A stretch of DNA of 31,882 nt, taken from positions 1 to 31,882 of the forward strand of contig CAWDKY010000001.1 in assembly GCA_963802945.1 (NCBI GenBank), given 5' to 3'. A program made the position numbers and the translations under genes. This stretch comes from an uncultured delta proteobacterium. GTDB lineage: Bacteria > Desulfobacterota > RBG-13-43-22. The notes beneath the pieces were generated by a model. That model worked only from the letters and a program-made list of their open reading frames with translations. It was not told where the DNA came from and did no database searches. Within the stretch, counting starts at the first letter, position 1, and each line of letters starts with the position of its first letter. Of this stretch, positions 1-9,549 are shown one piece after another.

Positions 1-37
1 CGGGTCTGAAAACAACCGAGTGAATGGGGCTGTTTTA

Positions 38-741
38 TTAACCAATGAACAGGCCTTCAAGTCTGATAAATAAACGGTCATTGAATTTATTAATAAAATT
101 TACAAGACCCGAATGACGCCATTGCAACATGCAACGATGAGGCATGAAAAAGTATCGCATACCGATCTTCAATTCAGATTGGGAGGCGGTAACCACTCCT
201 TCGTAAGCCTGGGCCGAATAATAACCCACATCCTTAAACCCTTTTGTCCGAGGATTGAGGGGGCCTGTGACGCACCAGGTGATGACGCCGTTTACCGGAT
301 CGATCTCTTTGGCAACTCCGCAGTGAGTAATCGGGCAACCAGATGACATCCCCATGGGCCTCCCGATCAAGGTATCTCCTTTCTGAATATCCAGGTCTTT
401 GGTGCGTGAAGGATTGTGAGGGATGATGATCTCACAGGGACACGGGTCTCCCGGAAGCGAATCGAGAATAAAATCATAATCCCGCCCAAGAGAGTCTTTC
501 CATGTCAAAGGAATATCCATCATACCTTCCTTGCAGGTCTGGCATGAGAAACCTGCTTCCATGGGTTTTTCTATCATGGGCTTAACGGTCTCTTTACCCA
601 GATGAATGCACTTTGCCAACTCATTCGGCTTTTCCTGCGGATCTCGGCGAAATTGACACATGTTCTGGATCCGCACAGCCCGCAGTCAAGTCCGGGCAAT
701 TGCTGAAGGATGTTCTCTTTTGATTCGGAATGATTATTCAT
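38..741 (-). CDS. Fe-S cluster-binding protein (N-terminal LPGLDCGLCG..TC..FA 'FeS' domain), frameshifted near 638-640
   Basis: ATG at 741 gives MNNHSESKENILQQLPGLDCGLCGSRTCVNFAEI; after one missing base it continues in the 38..676 frame (QEKPNELAKCIHL...DSLGRDYDFIL...GCPITHC...CMLQWRHSG). Confidence 0.75.
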
Positions 742-820
742 AATAGCGGCTCCTTTCTTAAACGGAAGTTGTCGGGACAATCTTAAAAATGGTCATGAAT
801 ATCTGGAGAACGAATATCAT

Positions 821-1521
821 CTATTCTCCGCGATAAAAAATTTCACCTTCCAGGGGACGAACGACCCCAAAGTGCTGCTTCCAGCCGACCTCCTTTTTCC
901 CTACACAGATCGTACAGGTTCCTACAGGCGGATTGCCTCTTAAAAATAGAGGAAACACAATTTCGTTGGCTTCCGAAATCGTTTTGATGAGAGGGTCGAT
1001 GCCGATCCCATAAAGAGCATTGGTTTCGACGATTCGGATACCGCTTGCACTTTCCTTGATCCTGGCGCGAACACTTCCCTCTCGGCCTGGGAGACAAGAT
1101 CGATTTTGGTGACGACGGCCATGTCGGCTAAGGTCAACATGGGACCTATTTTCCGGGGAAGGTTCATACCGCTGGTGGCTTCGAGCACCACCATTCCCAA
1201 AGACCCTTCAACATAGGGCGAGCATCGAAGGCAGAGTCCGGCGGTTTCCACAATCAGCAAGTCACTTTTTTGATTTTCTGCCCACTCCAATGCCTCTCCC
1301 AATACCATGACGTTACAATGGTCCGGGCATAACTCGCCGGAATAAACCGTTTTTGCCGGAATAGAAAATTCCCGCTCCATGATGGACTGTTCCTCGGCAT
1401 AGAGCACATCAATCTTTAAATAGGACGGGCTGGCCCCCCTTTTTTGCAGGCGGCGAATCACATGACGCAATACGCTTGTTTTTCCGGTCGTAGACGGGCC
1501 GGCGCAGATGACTAATTTCAT
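821..1521 (-). CDS. G3E/HypB-UreG-like metal-binding GTP-binding protein, frameshifted near 1068
   Basis: Walker A GPSTTGKT, CPDH, ETAGLCLRC and TKID motifs. Restoring one base after ..EREVF gives RARIKESASGIRIVETNALYGIG...GTCTICVGKKEVGWKQHFGVVRPLEGEIFYRGE with TAG at 821-823. Confidence 0.8.
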
Positions 1522-1543
1522 CCTTTCCTCCTCTTATACGATG

Positions 1544-1716
1544 CTGAAAAAGTCACTCTTTATGGCTCAAAAGATTTTTTCGGCAATACTAAGGCTCGCT
1601 TCACTGTAAAGGTAAAACTCGCCTCTCAGGCTCAAACATTACATTTACGGCCGTTTCGCTTGGCCAAGAATTGTTATCGAAAAATCTCAATTCGCTCTCC
1701 CAGCGACATTTTTCAG
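1544..1716. repeat. Intergenic nested-inverted-repeat element (MITE-like long hairpin)
   Basis: Ends CTGAAAAAGTC / GACATTTTTCAG; inner arms AGATTTTTTCGG / TCGAAAAATCT and TGTAAAGGTAA / TTACATTTACG. Confidence 0.55.
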
Positions 1717-1739
1717 TTTTTCAATAATCGGCTCATCAC

Positions 1740-2545
1740 TTAGGTCAGGTAGCCAAGGTTTTTTAAGTGGTTTTCCAATTCGTTCGAAGTAAGCTGTTCT
1801 CCTCTCCTGATTCTCATGCGGAAATGAAGGAGGACATCGTCCAGTTTACTGATCTCCTTGGCCACAACCTTTTCATCCCCATCGCCGATAATGATCTTGG
1901 TCATGGCGCCGTTCTCCATGACAATACGAAAATCGGAGAGCAAAGCAATGCGGGGGTCGTGGGTCACAAAGATAAAAATCTTTTCGTACTTCTTGAGAAG
2001 TTCAAGCGCCCTTGTCCGATGAATGCCGGCGTTTTCGATCTCATCCAAGAGGATGATAGGGGCATTCCCGATGATGACGGCATCTGCAATCAGAAGTGCA
2101 CGGGTCTGGCCGCCGGAAAGTTCAGTCATGGGACTTTCCTTGATAAGAGGTTCACCCGTGAGCTTATTGGCAAACTCCAGCGTTTCTTGGACAACGCTTG
2201 CGATGCTTTGATGTTGACGCACCCCGGCGTGAATCTCGAGGAAATGCTCCACGGGCAAGTCCGACAAAAAATTAGTATGCTGGGAAATTAAAGCGATAGG
2301 ATGGTCATGCTTTTCCGAAATGGCCTCGTCGGAACTCACCGCTAGATTATTAATCAACAGCTTTCGCCCAGAAGGAGTATCCCCATTGGCAAAAAGCTCA
2401 ATATCGTTAATGAGGGTCGTCTTGCCGCAGCCGGTCGGTAACCGATACTCGCGATATCTCCCATCCGAAAGACCACTTCTTCAACCGATTCTCTGGCCCC
2501 CGATTTATCGAAGCCACCGATAATTTTGATGCTGTCTATCTTCAT
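1740..2545 (-). CDS. Stand-alone ABC-type ATP-binding protein, frameshifted near 2440
   Basis: ORFs 2354..2545 and 1740..2357 join through a damaged Walker A (..PTGCGKTTLINDIE). Signature LSGGQ, Walker B ILLDEIEN and H-loop VTHD are present. Confidence 0.8.
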
Positions 2546-2559
2546 ATAAACTTTCTATA

Positions 2560-2581
2560 TATTATGATATTGTTTATAATA
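2560..2581. promoter_or_regulatory. Putative operator TATTAT-N10-ATAATA upstream of the ABC ATPase gene
   Basis: TATTATGATATTGTTTATAATA; a matching copy lies at 3079-3100. Confidence 0.35.
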
Positions 2582-2607
2582 TTTATCATAAATTACTTTA
2601 AAATTTT

Positions 2608-3011
2608 TTATTGCAGCAAATCTTTTAATGTGAAGTTTTCAAGCTTCCTTGCCGTATAATTCCGGATATCCAGGAGCATATCTTTCAGTTTTGGAATCTT
2701 TTCGATCGGGCTACGTTCATAGAAATAGATACTTACCGAGCTTACCGAGGCAAGCGGCCCATCAAGCAGGCGTATCACATCCGCAAGCTTTGTCTTTTCC
2801 GGAACTTTGGATAGGGCATAACCGCCGTTTGACCCCTTTTACTCTTGACAATGCCAGCCCATTTGAGTTGAAGCAGTATCTGCTCAAGAAATTTGGCAGG
2901 CATCTCATATTTTGAAGCGATATTTTCAACCTTCAGCAAATCTTTCCCATAATTTGCCGAAAGCTCATAAAGAGCAAGAAAGGCATATTCACTTTTCAGA
3001 GACAATTTCAT
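2608..3011 (-). CDS. Rrf2-family transcriptional regulator without Fe-S cysteines (CymR-like), frameshifted near 2828
   Basis: MKLSLKSEYAFLAL...KFLEQILLQLK.AGIVKSKRG; with one base restored it continues GGYALSKVPEKTKLADVIRLLDGPL...LENFTLKDLLQ to TAA at 2608-2610. Confidence 0.85.
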
Positions 3012-3078
3012 TAATGGGTATGCCTCAAGATGTCAATAATGTTTAAAGATATCACAACTTGAATAAATTGTCAATAAT

Positions 3079-3100
3079 TATTATTCAGATTATCATAATA
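3079..3100. promoter_or_regulatory. Putative operator TATTAT-N10-ATAATA upstream of the Rrf2 gene
   Basis: Minus strand reads TATTATGATAATCTGAATAATA, matching the 2560 site in the first 10 and last 6 nt. Confidence 0.35.
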
Positions 3101-3641
3101 TTATAAGACTTTTTTTTTGATGGGTGTAGTGTAAAATAATAAAAAGACAGAGTAAAGGTGGAAAAAAGGACAGAAGGTACGTGATCGGAATGTGTTTTTA
3201 ACCGAGAAAGAGTCTTCAAAGGGCAAAACTGCCCAAAGGAATGTGCGATCAAAGGATTTGAAAAGATCATCCTCTGAAATTTACAAAGACTTTTCCATCT
3301 CGGGCCTGCTATTATCTCAAACGGTCGAGTAATTCGAGAAATTTCCGAAATCCTGATCCTCGCAGAAAGGAAGCTGGGAGTCCGAGCAGTCTATTTGAAT
3401 TTCGAGGGATTTGAGTCTGGGTGGGGGTCTTTGGTTGGCTTGCCTATGGTTTTAATCACCCGCTGACTTGATAACGATTACCTACAAATGGTTTAAGAAG
3501 ATAGACCAGAAAGTTAACGATTACTGTCTGAACTATGCAATCCGCCCCTCGATCAGATGAGGCGGCTTGGAGAGTATTTCCATAAATGTAAAGGGAATCA
3601 CGGCCTCTTGATTTTCTATTGGACAAAGCCTCCGTGAAAAG

Positions 3642-4508
3642 ATGAACCATTTTCTAATTAAGTCTAGGGTAGTAATTGCTGTCCTCCTATTACTGCCGGT
3701 ACTTATCATATCTCCCTCCATTGCGGCGGAGAAACAGCAAAAGAATGTCATCCTGGCCACCACAACAAGTACCCAGGACTCAGGCCTTCTTGATGTCCTA
3801 ATCCCGATCTTTGAAAAAGAAACCGGTTACTTTGTCAAGACGATTTCAGTCGGCTCAGGCCAGGCCATGAAGATGGGGGAAAAGGGAGAGGCCGATGTGC
3901 TCCTGGTCCACTCCCCGAAGGCAGAAAAAGCCTTCATCTCCCAAGGGTTCGGGATCAACCGGTTGCTGGTCATGCACAATGATTTTATTATCGTCGGCCC
4001 GGCGGCCGATCCGGCCAGGATCAAAGGGATGAAATCATCAAAAGAAGCCTTGAAGCTGATTGCCCAGGCCGGAGCCCTGTTCCTGTCCCGTGGCGATAAT
4101 TCCGGGACCCACGCCAAGGAAAAGGTTCTCTGGAAGGCGGCCGGAATCAATCCGGAGGGCCAAAAATGGTTTCAGCAGACCGGGCTCGGCATGGGGCAAA
4201 CCCTCAACGTGGCCGCCGAAAAGAAAGGATATACCCTCACCGATCGGGGAACATACCTCTCTCTGAAAAAAAACCTGGGGCTGGATATCCTCTTAGAGGG
4301 TGAGCCGCTCCTGCTCAATATTTATCATGTCATCGAGGTGAATCCCGCCAATTGGCCCAAGGTCAATACTGCCGGGGCCAAGGCCTTTGCCGCCTTTATG
4401 ATTTCCAAGAAAACCCAGGAGATCATCGGCAAGTTCGGCGTGGACAAATACGGTTCCCCGCTTTTCTTCCCTGATGCCGGCAAAAAACCAGAGTCGCTCG
4501 GTCTGTAA
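3642..4508 (+). CDS. tupA: Tungstate ABC transporter substrate-binding protein
   Basis: Signal peptide, TupA signature ATTTSTQDSGLL, VLLVH and SRGDNSGTH motifs. Confidence 0.93.
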   Translation: MNHFLIKSRVVIAVLLLLPVLIISPSIAAEKQQKNVILATTTSTQDSGLLDVLIPIFEKETGYFVKTISVGSGQAMKMGEKGEADVLLVHSPKAEKAFISQGFGINRLLVMHNDFIIVGPAADPARIKGMKSSKEALKLIAQAGALFLSRGDNSGTHAKEKVLWKAAGINPEGQKWFQQTGLGMGQTLNVAAEKKGYTLTDRGTYLSLKKNLGLDILLEGEPLLLNIYHVIEVNPANWPKVNTAGAKAFAAFMISKKTQEIIGKFGVDKYGSPLFFPDAGKKPESLGL

Positions 4509-5206
4509 TGGAACTCATTCTTGACGGAATACTCAAGGCTCTCCAACTCCTCTTTTCTTTGAATCCAGAGGTGCTGGGAATTACCTTTCTCTCACTCGAA
4601 GTTTCCGGAGCGGCGACCCTCATCAGCGTGCTGATCGGCATCTCGATCGGGACAATCGTGGCCTTGAATCATTTCCCGGGGAAACGATTGGTAGTCAGCG
4701 TAGTCAATACGGGCATGGGCCTCCCTCCGGTGGTGGTCGGTCTGTTCGTGATGATCTTCCTCTGGCGAAACGGGCCCTTCGGTTTCCTCGGTATCCTTTA
4801 CACACCAGAGGCTATGATCATCGCCCAAGCGATCATCGCCACACCGATCGTGATGGGAATCACCATCGCCGCCATTCAGAACCTTCCGGCCAAACTGCGC
4901 TTGCAGATCCTTTCCCTTGGCGCCACGCGATTGCAGATGGTCTGGTTTCTCCTCCGAGAGGCGCGCCTGCCGCTTCTGGCAGCCATCATGGCCGGATTCG
5001 GCGGAGTCATCTCCGAGGTCGGCGCTTCCATCATGGTCGGCGGTAATATCAAAGGGTATTCCCGAGTCTTGACCACGGCCACGGTCATGGAATCAGGTAT
5101 GGGCAACTTTGATGTGGCCATTGCCCTTGGGATCATCCTCCTCCTGCTTATTTTCCTGGTCAACTACCTGCTCACTGTGATCCAACAGCGGGAACGGCCC
5201 CGATGA
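4508..5206 (+). CDS. tupB: Tungstate ABC transporter permease
   Basis: Hydrophobic; MGLPPVVVGL and ISEVGA..MVGGNI motifs; start overlaps the tupA stop. Confidence 0.92.
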   Translation: MELILDGILKALQLLFSLNPEVLGITFLSLEVSGAATLISVLIGISIGTIVALNHFPGKRLVVSVVNTGMGLPPVVVGLFVMIFLWRNGPFGFLGILYTPEAMIIAQAIIATPIVMGITIAAIQNLPAKLRLQILSLGATRLQMVWFLLREARLPLLAAIMAGFGGVISEVGASIMVGGNIKGYSRVLTTATVMESGMGNFDVAIALGIILLLLIFLVNYLLTVIQQRERPR

Positions 5207-6299
5207 GTACGGAATCCAAAATTATCGAGGCGGAAAATCTCAAGGTCATATTGGGAAAAGTGGAGGTGCTCGACATCCCCTCCTTTTTTTTAGGTGACCG
5301 GGAGATCGTCTCCCTGATCGGGCCGAACGGCAGTGGAAAATCCACTCTCCTTCTGACCCTCAATGGTCTGCTCAAACCGCTCACCGGCCGGATCCTTTTC
5401 CGGGGAAAAGAAATCGAATCAAACCAAGCCATCCTGGACTTTCGGCGCAGGATCGCTATGGTCTTCCAAGAGCCCCTCCTATTCGATACGACGGTCTTCA
5501 ACAACGTCGCTTCCGGCCTGAAGATAAGAGGGACTCCCAGGAGGAAATCAAGTCCAGGGTCATGGAGTGTCTGGAACGTTTTAATATTGTGCATCTGGCC
5601 GAACGCTCGGCCCGAAAACTTTCCGGAGGGGAGGCCCAGCGCACCTCCCTGGCCAGGGCTCTGGCCACAGGTCCTGAGGTGGTCTTCCTGGATGAGCCCT
5701 TTGCTGCCCTCGATCCGCCTACCCGTCAATCCATCATCGGCGATATGGAAAGAATCATCCGCGAAACCGGGATAGCCGCTGTGCTGGTTACTCACGATGA
5801 ATCTGATGCCCTGCGGCTTTCGGACCGGATCATGGTGATGAACGGCGGGAAAATTGTTCAGATTGGCCTTCCGGCCGAGGTCATGAACCGCCCGGTAAAC
5901 CGCTTTGTAGCCAATTTTGTGGGTATGGAGACGCTCATACCTGGTACGGTTCTAACCAGTAAGAACGGGACCGTCTCCGTCTCCATTCCCGGAGGCATAA
6001 TCGAAGCCGTCGGTGAACAAATGCCGGGAGAAGAGGTGTTTTGCGGCATCCGACCGGAAAATGTGGTCATCGATAGCTATGATCCGCCGAAGCTGGATCA
6101 TAACGGAAATATTTTCCCGGCCAAGATCGTAGGCATCACCTCCATCGGTCCTTTCCTGAAACTGACCCTGGACTTGGATTTCCTGCTGTTCTCCTATGTG
6201 ACCAGGGGATCCTTCGCTAAGCTCAAACTCGCCGTAGGAGAAAATATAATAATCTCTTTTAAACCAGAGGCCGTTCATCTCATTTTAATGAAGGACTAA
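5203..6299 (+). CDS. tupC: Tungstate ABC transporter ATPase with C-terminal TOBE region, frameshifted near 5540
   Basis: GPNGSGKST and Q-loop in the 5203 frame; LSGGEAQR, FLDEPF, VTHD and GIRPE in the 5562 frame; one base is missing at ..ACT CCC AG GAG GAA ATC.. Confidence 0.85.
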
Positions 6300-6362
6300 A
6301 AATACAAAGCCACACTTTCTCCATAAGACCCCCCCGTCCCCTTGCCTTCCCATTTCTTCTCA

Positions 6363-6392
6363 TTGACTTCCAGTCTATTTTTCCTTTATACT
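6363..6392 (+). promoter_or_regulatory. Putative sigma70 promoter for amrS
   Basis: TTGACT-N18-TATACT, about 50 nt before the ATG. Confidence 0.45.
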
Positions 6393-6442
6393 GGCTAAAA
6401 AGCAACACAGACGTCTGCAAGGAAAAATCATTCAAGGGTATC

Positions 6443-7684
6443 ATGATCTCAAGACGTGAGTTTTTATCCATAGCAGCCAGGGTTGCCGCAATAACCGGCG
6501 GGGCCGGTCTGGTGATGTCTGATCCGCTTTGGAAGGCGTTTTTGTTTGGGGATGGTTCAGGCGCTGCCTTGGCCCGTAATCCGATAGATGAAATCATCAC
6601 CTCGGCTCCCTTAGCCCGTTACTGGACATCGGTTGCCTCAGGAAAAGACAATTGTTTAGCCTGCCACAATAATCCGGAAAGTTTTAAGGGAAAGCCGTAT
6701 CACCATAGGGAAAACATCGTTAAATGTCTCCTGTGCGCTCACGGTTGCGTTATCGAAAGCGGACAGAGGGGTAAATGCCGCACTCGTATAAACCTAAAAG
6801 GAGAGCTGCGCAGCCTCGTCTATGGCCGCCCCATATCCATCCATATCGATCCGATAGAAAAAAAGCCTTTCTATCATTTCCTGCCGGGGGCCGCAGCCTA
6901 CTCTCTGGCAACCGCCGGTTGCCCGTTTCAGTGCAAATTCTGTCAAAACTGGGAAATCTCGCAGTCTTCGCCGGAAGATTATACCGTTCCTTATACGGCA
7001 CCGGCGAAGCTCGGCAAGGCTGCTTCCGACAGCAAAGCAACCGTCATTGCCTTTACCTACAATGAACCGACCGTCTTTACAGAATACCTGACCGACATCG
7101 CCCGAGAGGCAAAGAAAGGGGGGCTTCGGTCCGTTTTGATAAGCTGCGGCTTCATGAATGAGGCGCCTCTTACTGAAATGTGCCAAGTGCTTGACGCCAT
7201 TAAAATTGACCTTAAGGGTTACAGCGATCATTTTTATCGGTCTGTCTGTGGTGCAGAACTGAGGCCGGTGCTGAGAAGCATCAAACAGACGGCCAAAAGC
7301 CGCACCCACCTGGAAATTGTTAATCTGGTCGTCCCTACCTTAAACGATTCCGATAATATGCTCCTGGAGTTGATCAATTGGATATTGGGAGAATGCGGTC
7401 CTGACGTCCCGGTCCACTTCACCCGTTTTCATCCCGACTATCAACTGCTCAATCTCCCGGCCACGCCCGTTGCCACCCTGGAACGTGCCCGCGATACGGC
7501 CCTCAGCCGAGGCCTTCATTATCCCTATGTCGGCAATGTACCGGGCCATCCGGGTAATCACACCTACTGTCCGAAGTGTAAAAAAATGGTCGTACAAAGA
7601 GAGGGGTTTTTCATCGTGGAGATGAATATAAAGGGTGGTCATTGTAAATTCTGCAACCATAAAATTGCCGGTGTCTGGATGTGA
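6443..7684 (+). CDS. amrS: AmmeMemoRadiSam system radical SAM enzyme with twin-arginine-like leader
   Basis: CLLCAHGC...GKC, IDPIEKKPFYHF, CxxxCxxC (CPFQCKFCQNWEISQ), FTYNEP, C-terminal CPKC/CKFC. Confidence 0.9.
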   Translation: MISRREFLSIAARVAAITGGAGLVMSDPLWKAFLFGDGSGAALARNPIDEIITSAPLARYWTSVASGKDNCLACHNNPESFKGKPYHHRENIVKCLLCAHGCVIESGQRGKCRTRINLKGELRSLVYGRPISIHIDPIEKKPFYHFLPGAAAYSLATAGCPFQCKFCQNWEISQSSPEDYTVPYTAPAKLGKAASDSKATVIAFTYNEPTVFTEYLTDIAREAKKGGLRSVLISCGFMNEAPLTEMCQVLDAIKIDLKGYSDHFYRSVCGAELRPVLRSIKQTAKSRTHLEIVNLVVPTLNDSDNMLLELINWILGECGPDVPVHFTRFHPDYQLLNLPATPVATLERARDTALSRGLHYPYVGNVPGHPGNHTYCPKCKKMVVQREGFFIVEMNIKGGHCKFCNHKIAGVWM

Positions 7685-7703
7685 ATTGAAGGGATGACTG
7701 GAA

Positions 7704-9245
7704 ATGAAAATCATGCCTTGGTGTCTGATATTGATCGTCATTGGTTTTGGCCTTGCGCCGGCCTGTCAGGCCCAGAGGATGTCTGATTCCAAAGTTCGCG
7801 CCCCTGTCGTTGCGGGAAAGTTCTATTCCGATTCCCCAACCCGGTTGAAACTTGGGATCGAAAAATTTCTTCAGGATGCGGTTCCTTTAAGAGTTAAAAA
7901 CCCTGTAGCCATTATTGTTCCCCATGCCGGATACATCTTTTCCGGCCAGATTTGCGCTGACGGATTCAAGCAGGTAAGTAACCAAAATTATGATGTGGTT
8001 GTTATCCTTGGAACAAACCATACCACTCCGGGGTTCCAAAAAGTGTCTCTCTATCCGGGAGAAGGCTTCCGTACGCCATTGGGAACCGTAGCCATCGATC
8101 GAGAGCTTGTCTCTGCGCTTATGAATGCAGATCCTGCCGATTGCGATTTGGATAAATCACTGCACGAACAGGAGCATTCCGTTGAAGTTATCGTGCCCTT
8201 TGTCCAGGTTCTCTTTCCGAAAGCCCGCATTGTTCCCGCGGTGGTCGGATCACCATCTGTACCCATGTGCACCCGCTTCGGTCAAGCCTTGGCCAAAGTC
8301 ATTAGTAACAAACGGGCCCTGATCGTGGCCAGTTCCGATCTTTCCCACTACCCGGATGCCAAAGATGCCTCTGCCGTTGACCAAGAAACCCTCGAGGCCA
8401 TGACCAAGTTGGACCCGGCTTTATTACAAACAACCATCCGGGCACAAATGGAACGGCATATTGCTCAACTGGAAACCTGTGCCTGCGGAGAAGCGCCCAT
8501 CATGGCTGCCATGGCGGCCGCTAAATGGCTCGGCGCCGCACGTGGCCTGGTCGTAAGCTATGCGAACTCAGGAGATTCATTCGTCACGTTTGATCGTTCA
8601 CGCGTGGTCGGGTATGGCGCCGTTGTTTTGACGAAGGAAGCAAGCGAAATAAAGGGTGACAAGCAAAGTCAATGGTCTGCGGCTCCCACATCGGACGTGC
8701 TTCGACCCACCGATAAGAAGGCCCTGCTTCACTTGGCTAGGGAAACCATTACCCGGATCCTTTTGACGGATACGGTACCGCTGGCCAGAGGTTTTCCTCC
8801 CCATCTACAGAAGCCGCAAGGGGTTTTCGTCACTCTCAAGAAAAGGGGCGAACTGCACGGCTGCATCGGCAGAATAATCGGCGATGAGCCTCTGTATAAA
8901 CTGGTCGGGACGATGGCTGTTCAGTCAGCCCTGAATGATAAACGTTTCAGTCCCCTGGCAGCCGATGAACTCAAAGACATCGAGATCGAAATCTCGGTTC
9001 TGACCCCCTTGAAGCAAGTATCCGGCGCCGGAGCAATCGTTGTCGGCAGAGACGGCGTTCTGTTGGACAAAGAAGGGCTTTCAGCCGTCTTCCTTCCTCA
9101 GGTGGCCACGGAACAGGGATGGAAGCGTGAAGCATTGCTCGATAACCTCTGCCTCAAGGCCGGCCTAAGTACAGGCTGCTGGAAACAACACGCCCATTTG
9201 TCAACATTTCAGGCCACGGTCTTTAGTGAATCTGAATACAAATAG
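7704..9245 (+). CDS. amrB: AmmeMemoRadiSam protein B (MEMO1-like) fused to protein A (AMMECR1-like), with signal-peptide-like N-terminus
   Basis: VRAPVVAGKFY, VPHAGY, EHSVEV, SSDLSHY, CG and VVGY (MEMO); GVFVTL, LHGCIG, D.RF, IEISVLTP and FLPQV (AMMECR1). Confidence 0.9.
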   Translation: MKIMPWCLILIVIGFGLAPACQAQRMSDSKVRAPVVAGKFYSDSPTRLKLGIEKFLQDAVPLRVKNPVAIIVPHAGYIFSGQICADGFKQVSNQNYDVVVILGTNHTTPGFQKVSLYPGEGFRTPLGTVAIDRELVSALMNADPADCDLDKSLHEQEHSVEVIVPFVQVLFPKARIVPAVVGSPSVPMCTRFGQALAKVISNKRALIVASSDLSHYPDAKDASAVDQETLEAMTKLDPALLQTTIRAQMERHIAQLETCACGEAPIMAAMAAAKWLGAARGLVVSYANSGDSFVTFDRSRVVGYGAVVLTKEASEIKGDKQSQWSAAPTSDVLRPTDKKALLHLARETITRILLTDTVPLARGFPPHLQKPQGVFVTLKKRGELHGCIGRIIGDEPLYKLVGTMAVQSALNDKRFSPLAADELKDIEIEISVLTPLKQVSGAGAIVVGRDGVLLDKEGLSAVFLPQVATEQGWKREALLDNLCLKAGLSTGCWKQHAHLSTFQATVFSESEYK

Positions 9246-9303
9246 CGTCTATTAAGGGTCTTATAATTATCTTGACATGAAGCGGAAGGGTCTGCCTAAC
9301 ATA

Positions 9304-9518
9304 GGACTGGGCGTTCTTATTTTTTGGGGGTTTTCCACTATAACGCCCAATACTTCTTTGCCGGGCCAATTGTTTAACTAAATCTAAAGCAGGCCTTCAC
9401 CCAAGCTTGAAACGAGTAATGGTGTATGCCCTGCCTCGAATCAAACTTTGCTGGACAGGCCGGGATTGGGCGATAAGTTCCCCTTTGGACAACCCCCAAA
9501 AATAAAAACCCCCAGTCC
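9304..9518. other. About 215-nt rod-like inverted-repeat element (structured ncRNA or MITE)
   Basis: Roughly 30-nt imperfect terminal arms (GGACTGGGCGTTCTTATTT.. / ..AAATAAAAACCCCCAGTCC) with nested arms CGCCCAAT/ATTGGGCG, GCAGG/CCTGC and CACC/GGTG. Confidence 0.5.
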
Positions 9519-9549
9519 ATTATATCAATATTATTTTGAGACCATTAAT

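Noticed and set aside
3270-3641. Moco/Wco riboswitch upstream of tupA
   Set aside because: Only scattered short similarities (TCCGAG, CTATGGT, GCCTCC); I could not build the conserved multi-stem fold. A cmscan would settle it.
9448-9549. N-terminal extension of the spermidine-synthase-like ORF from the TTG at 9448
   Set aside because: It lies inside the inverted-repeat element; the first TM helix begins at the ATG at 9550.
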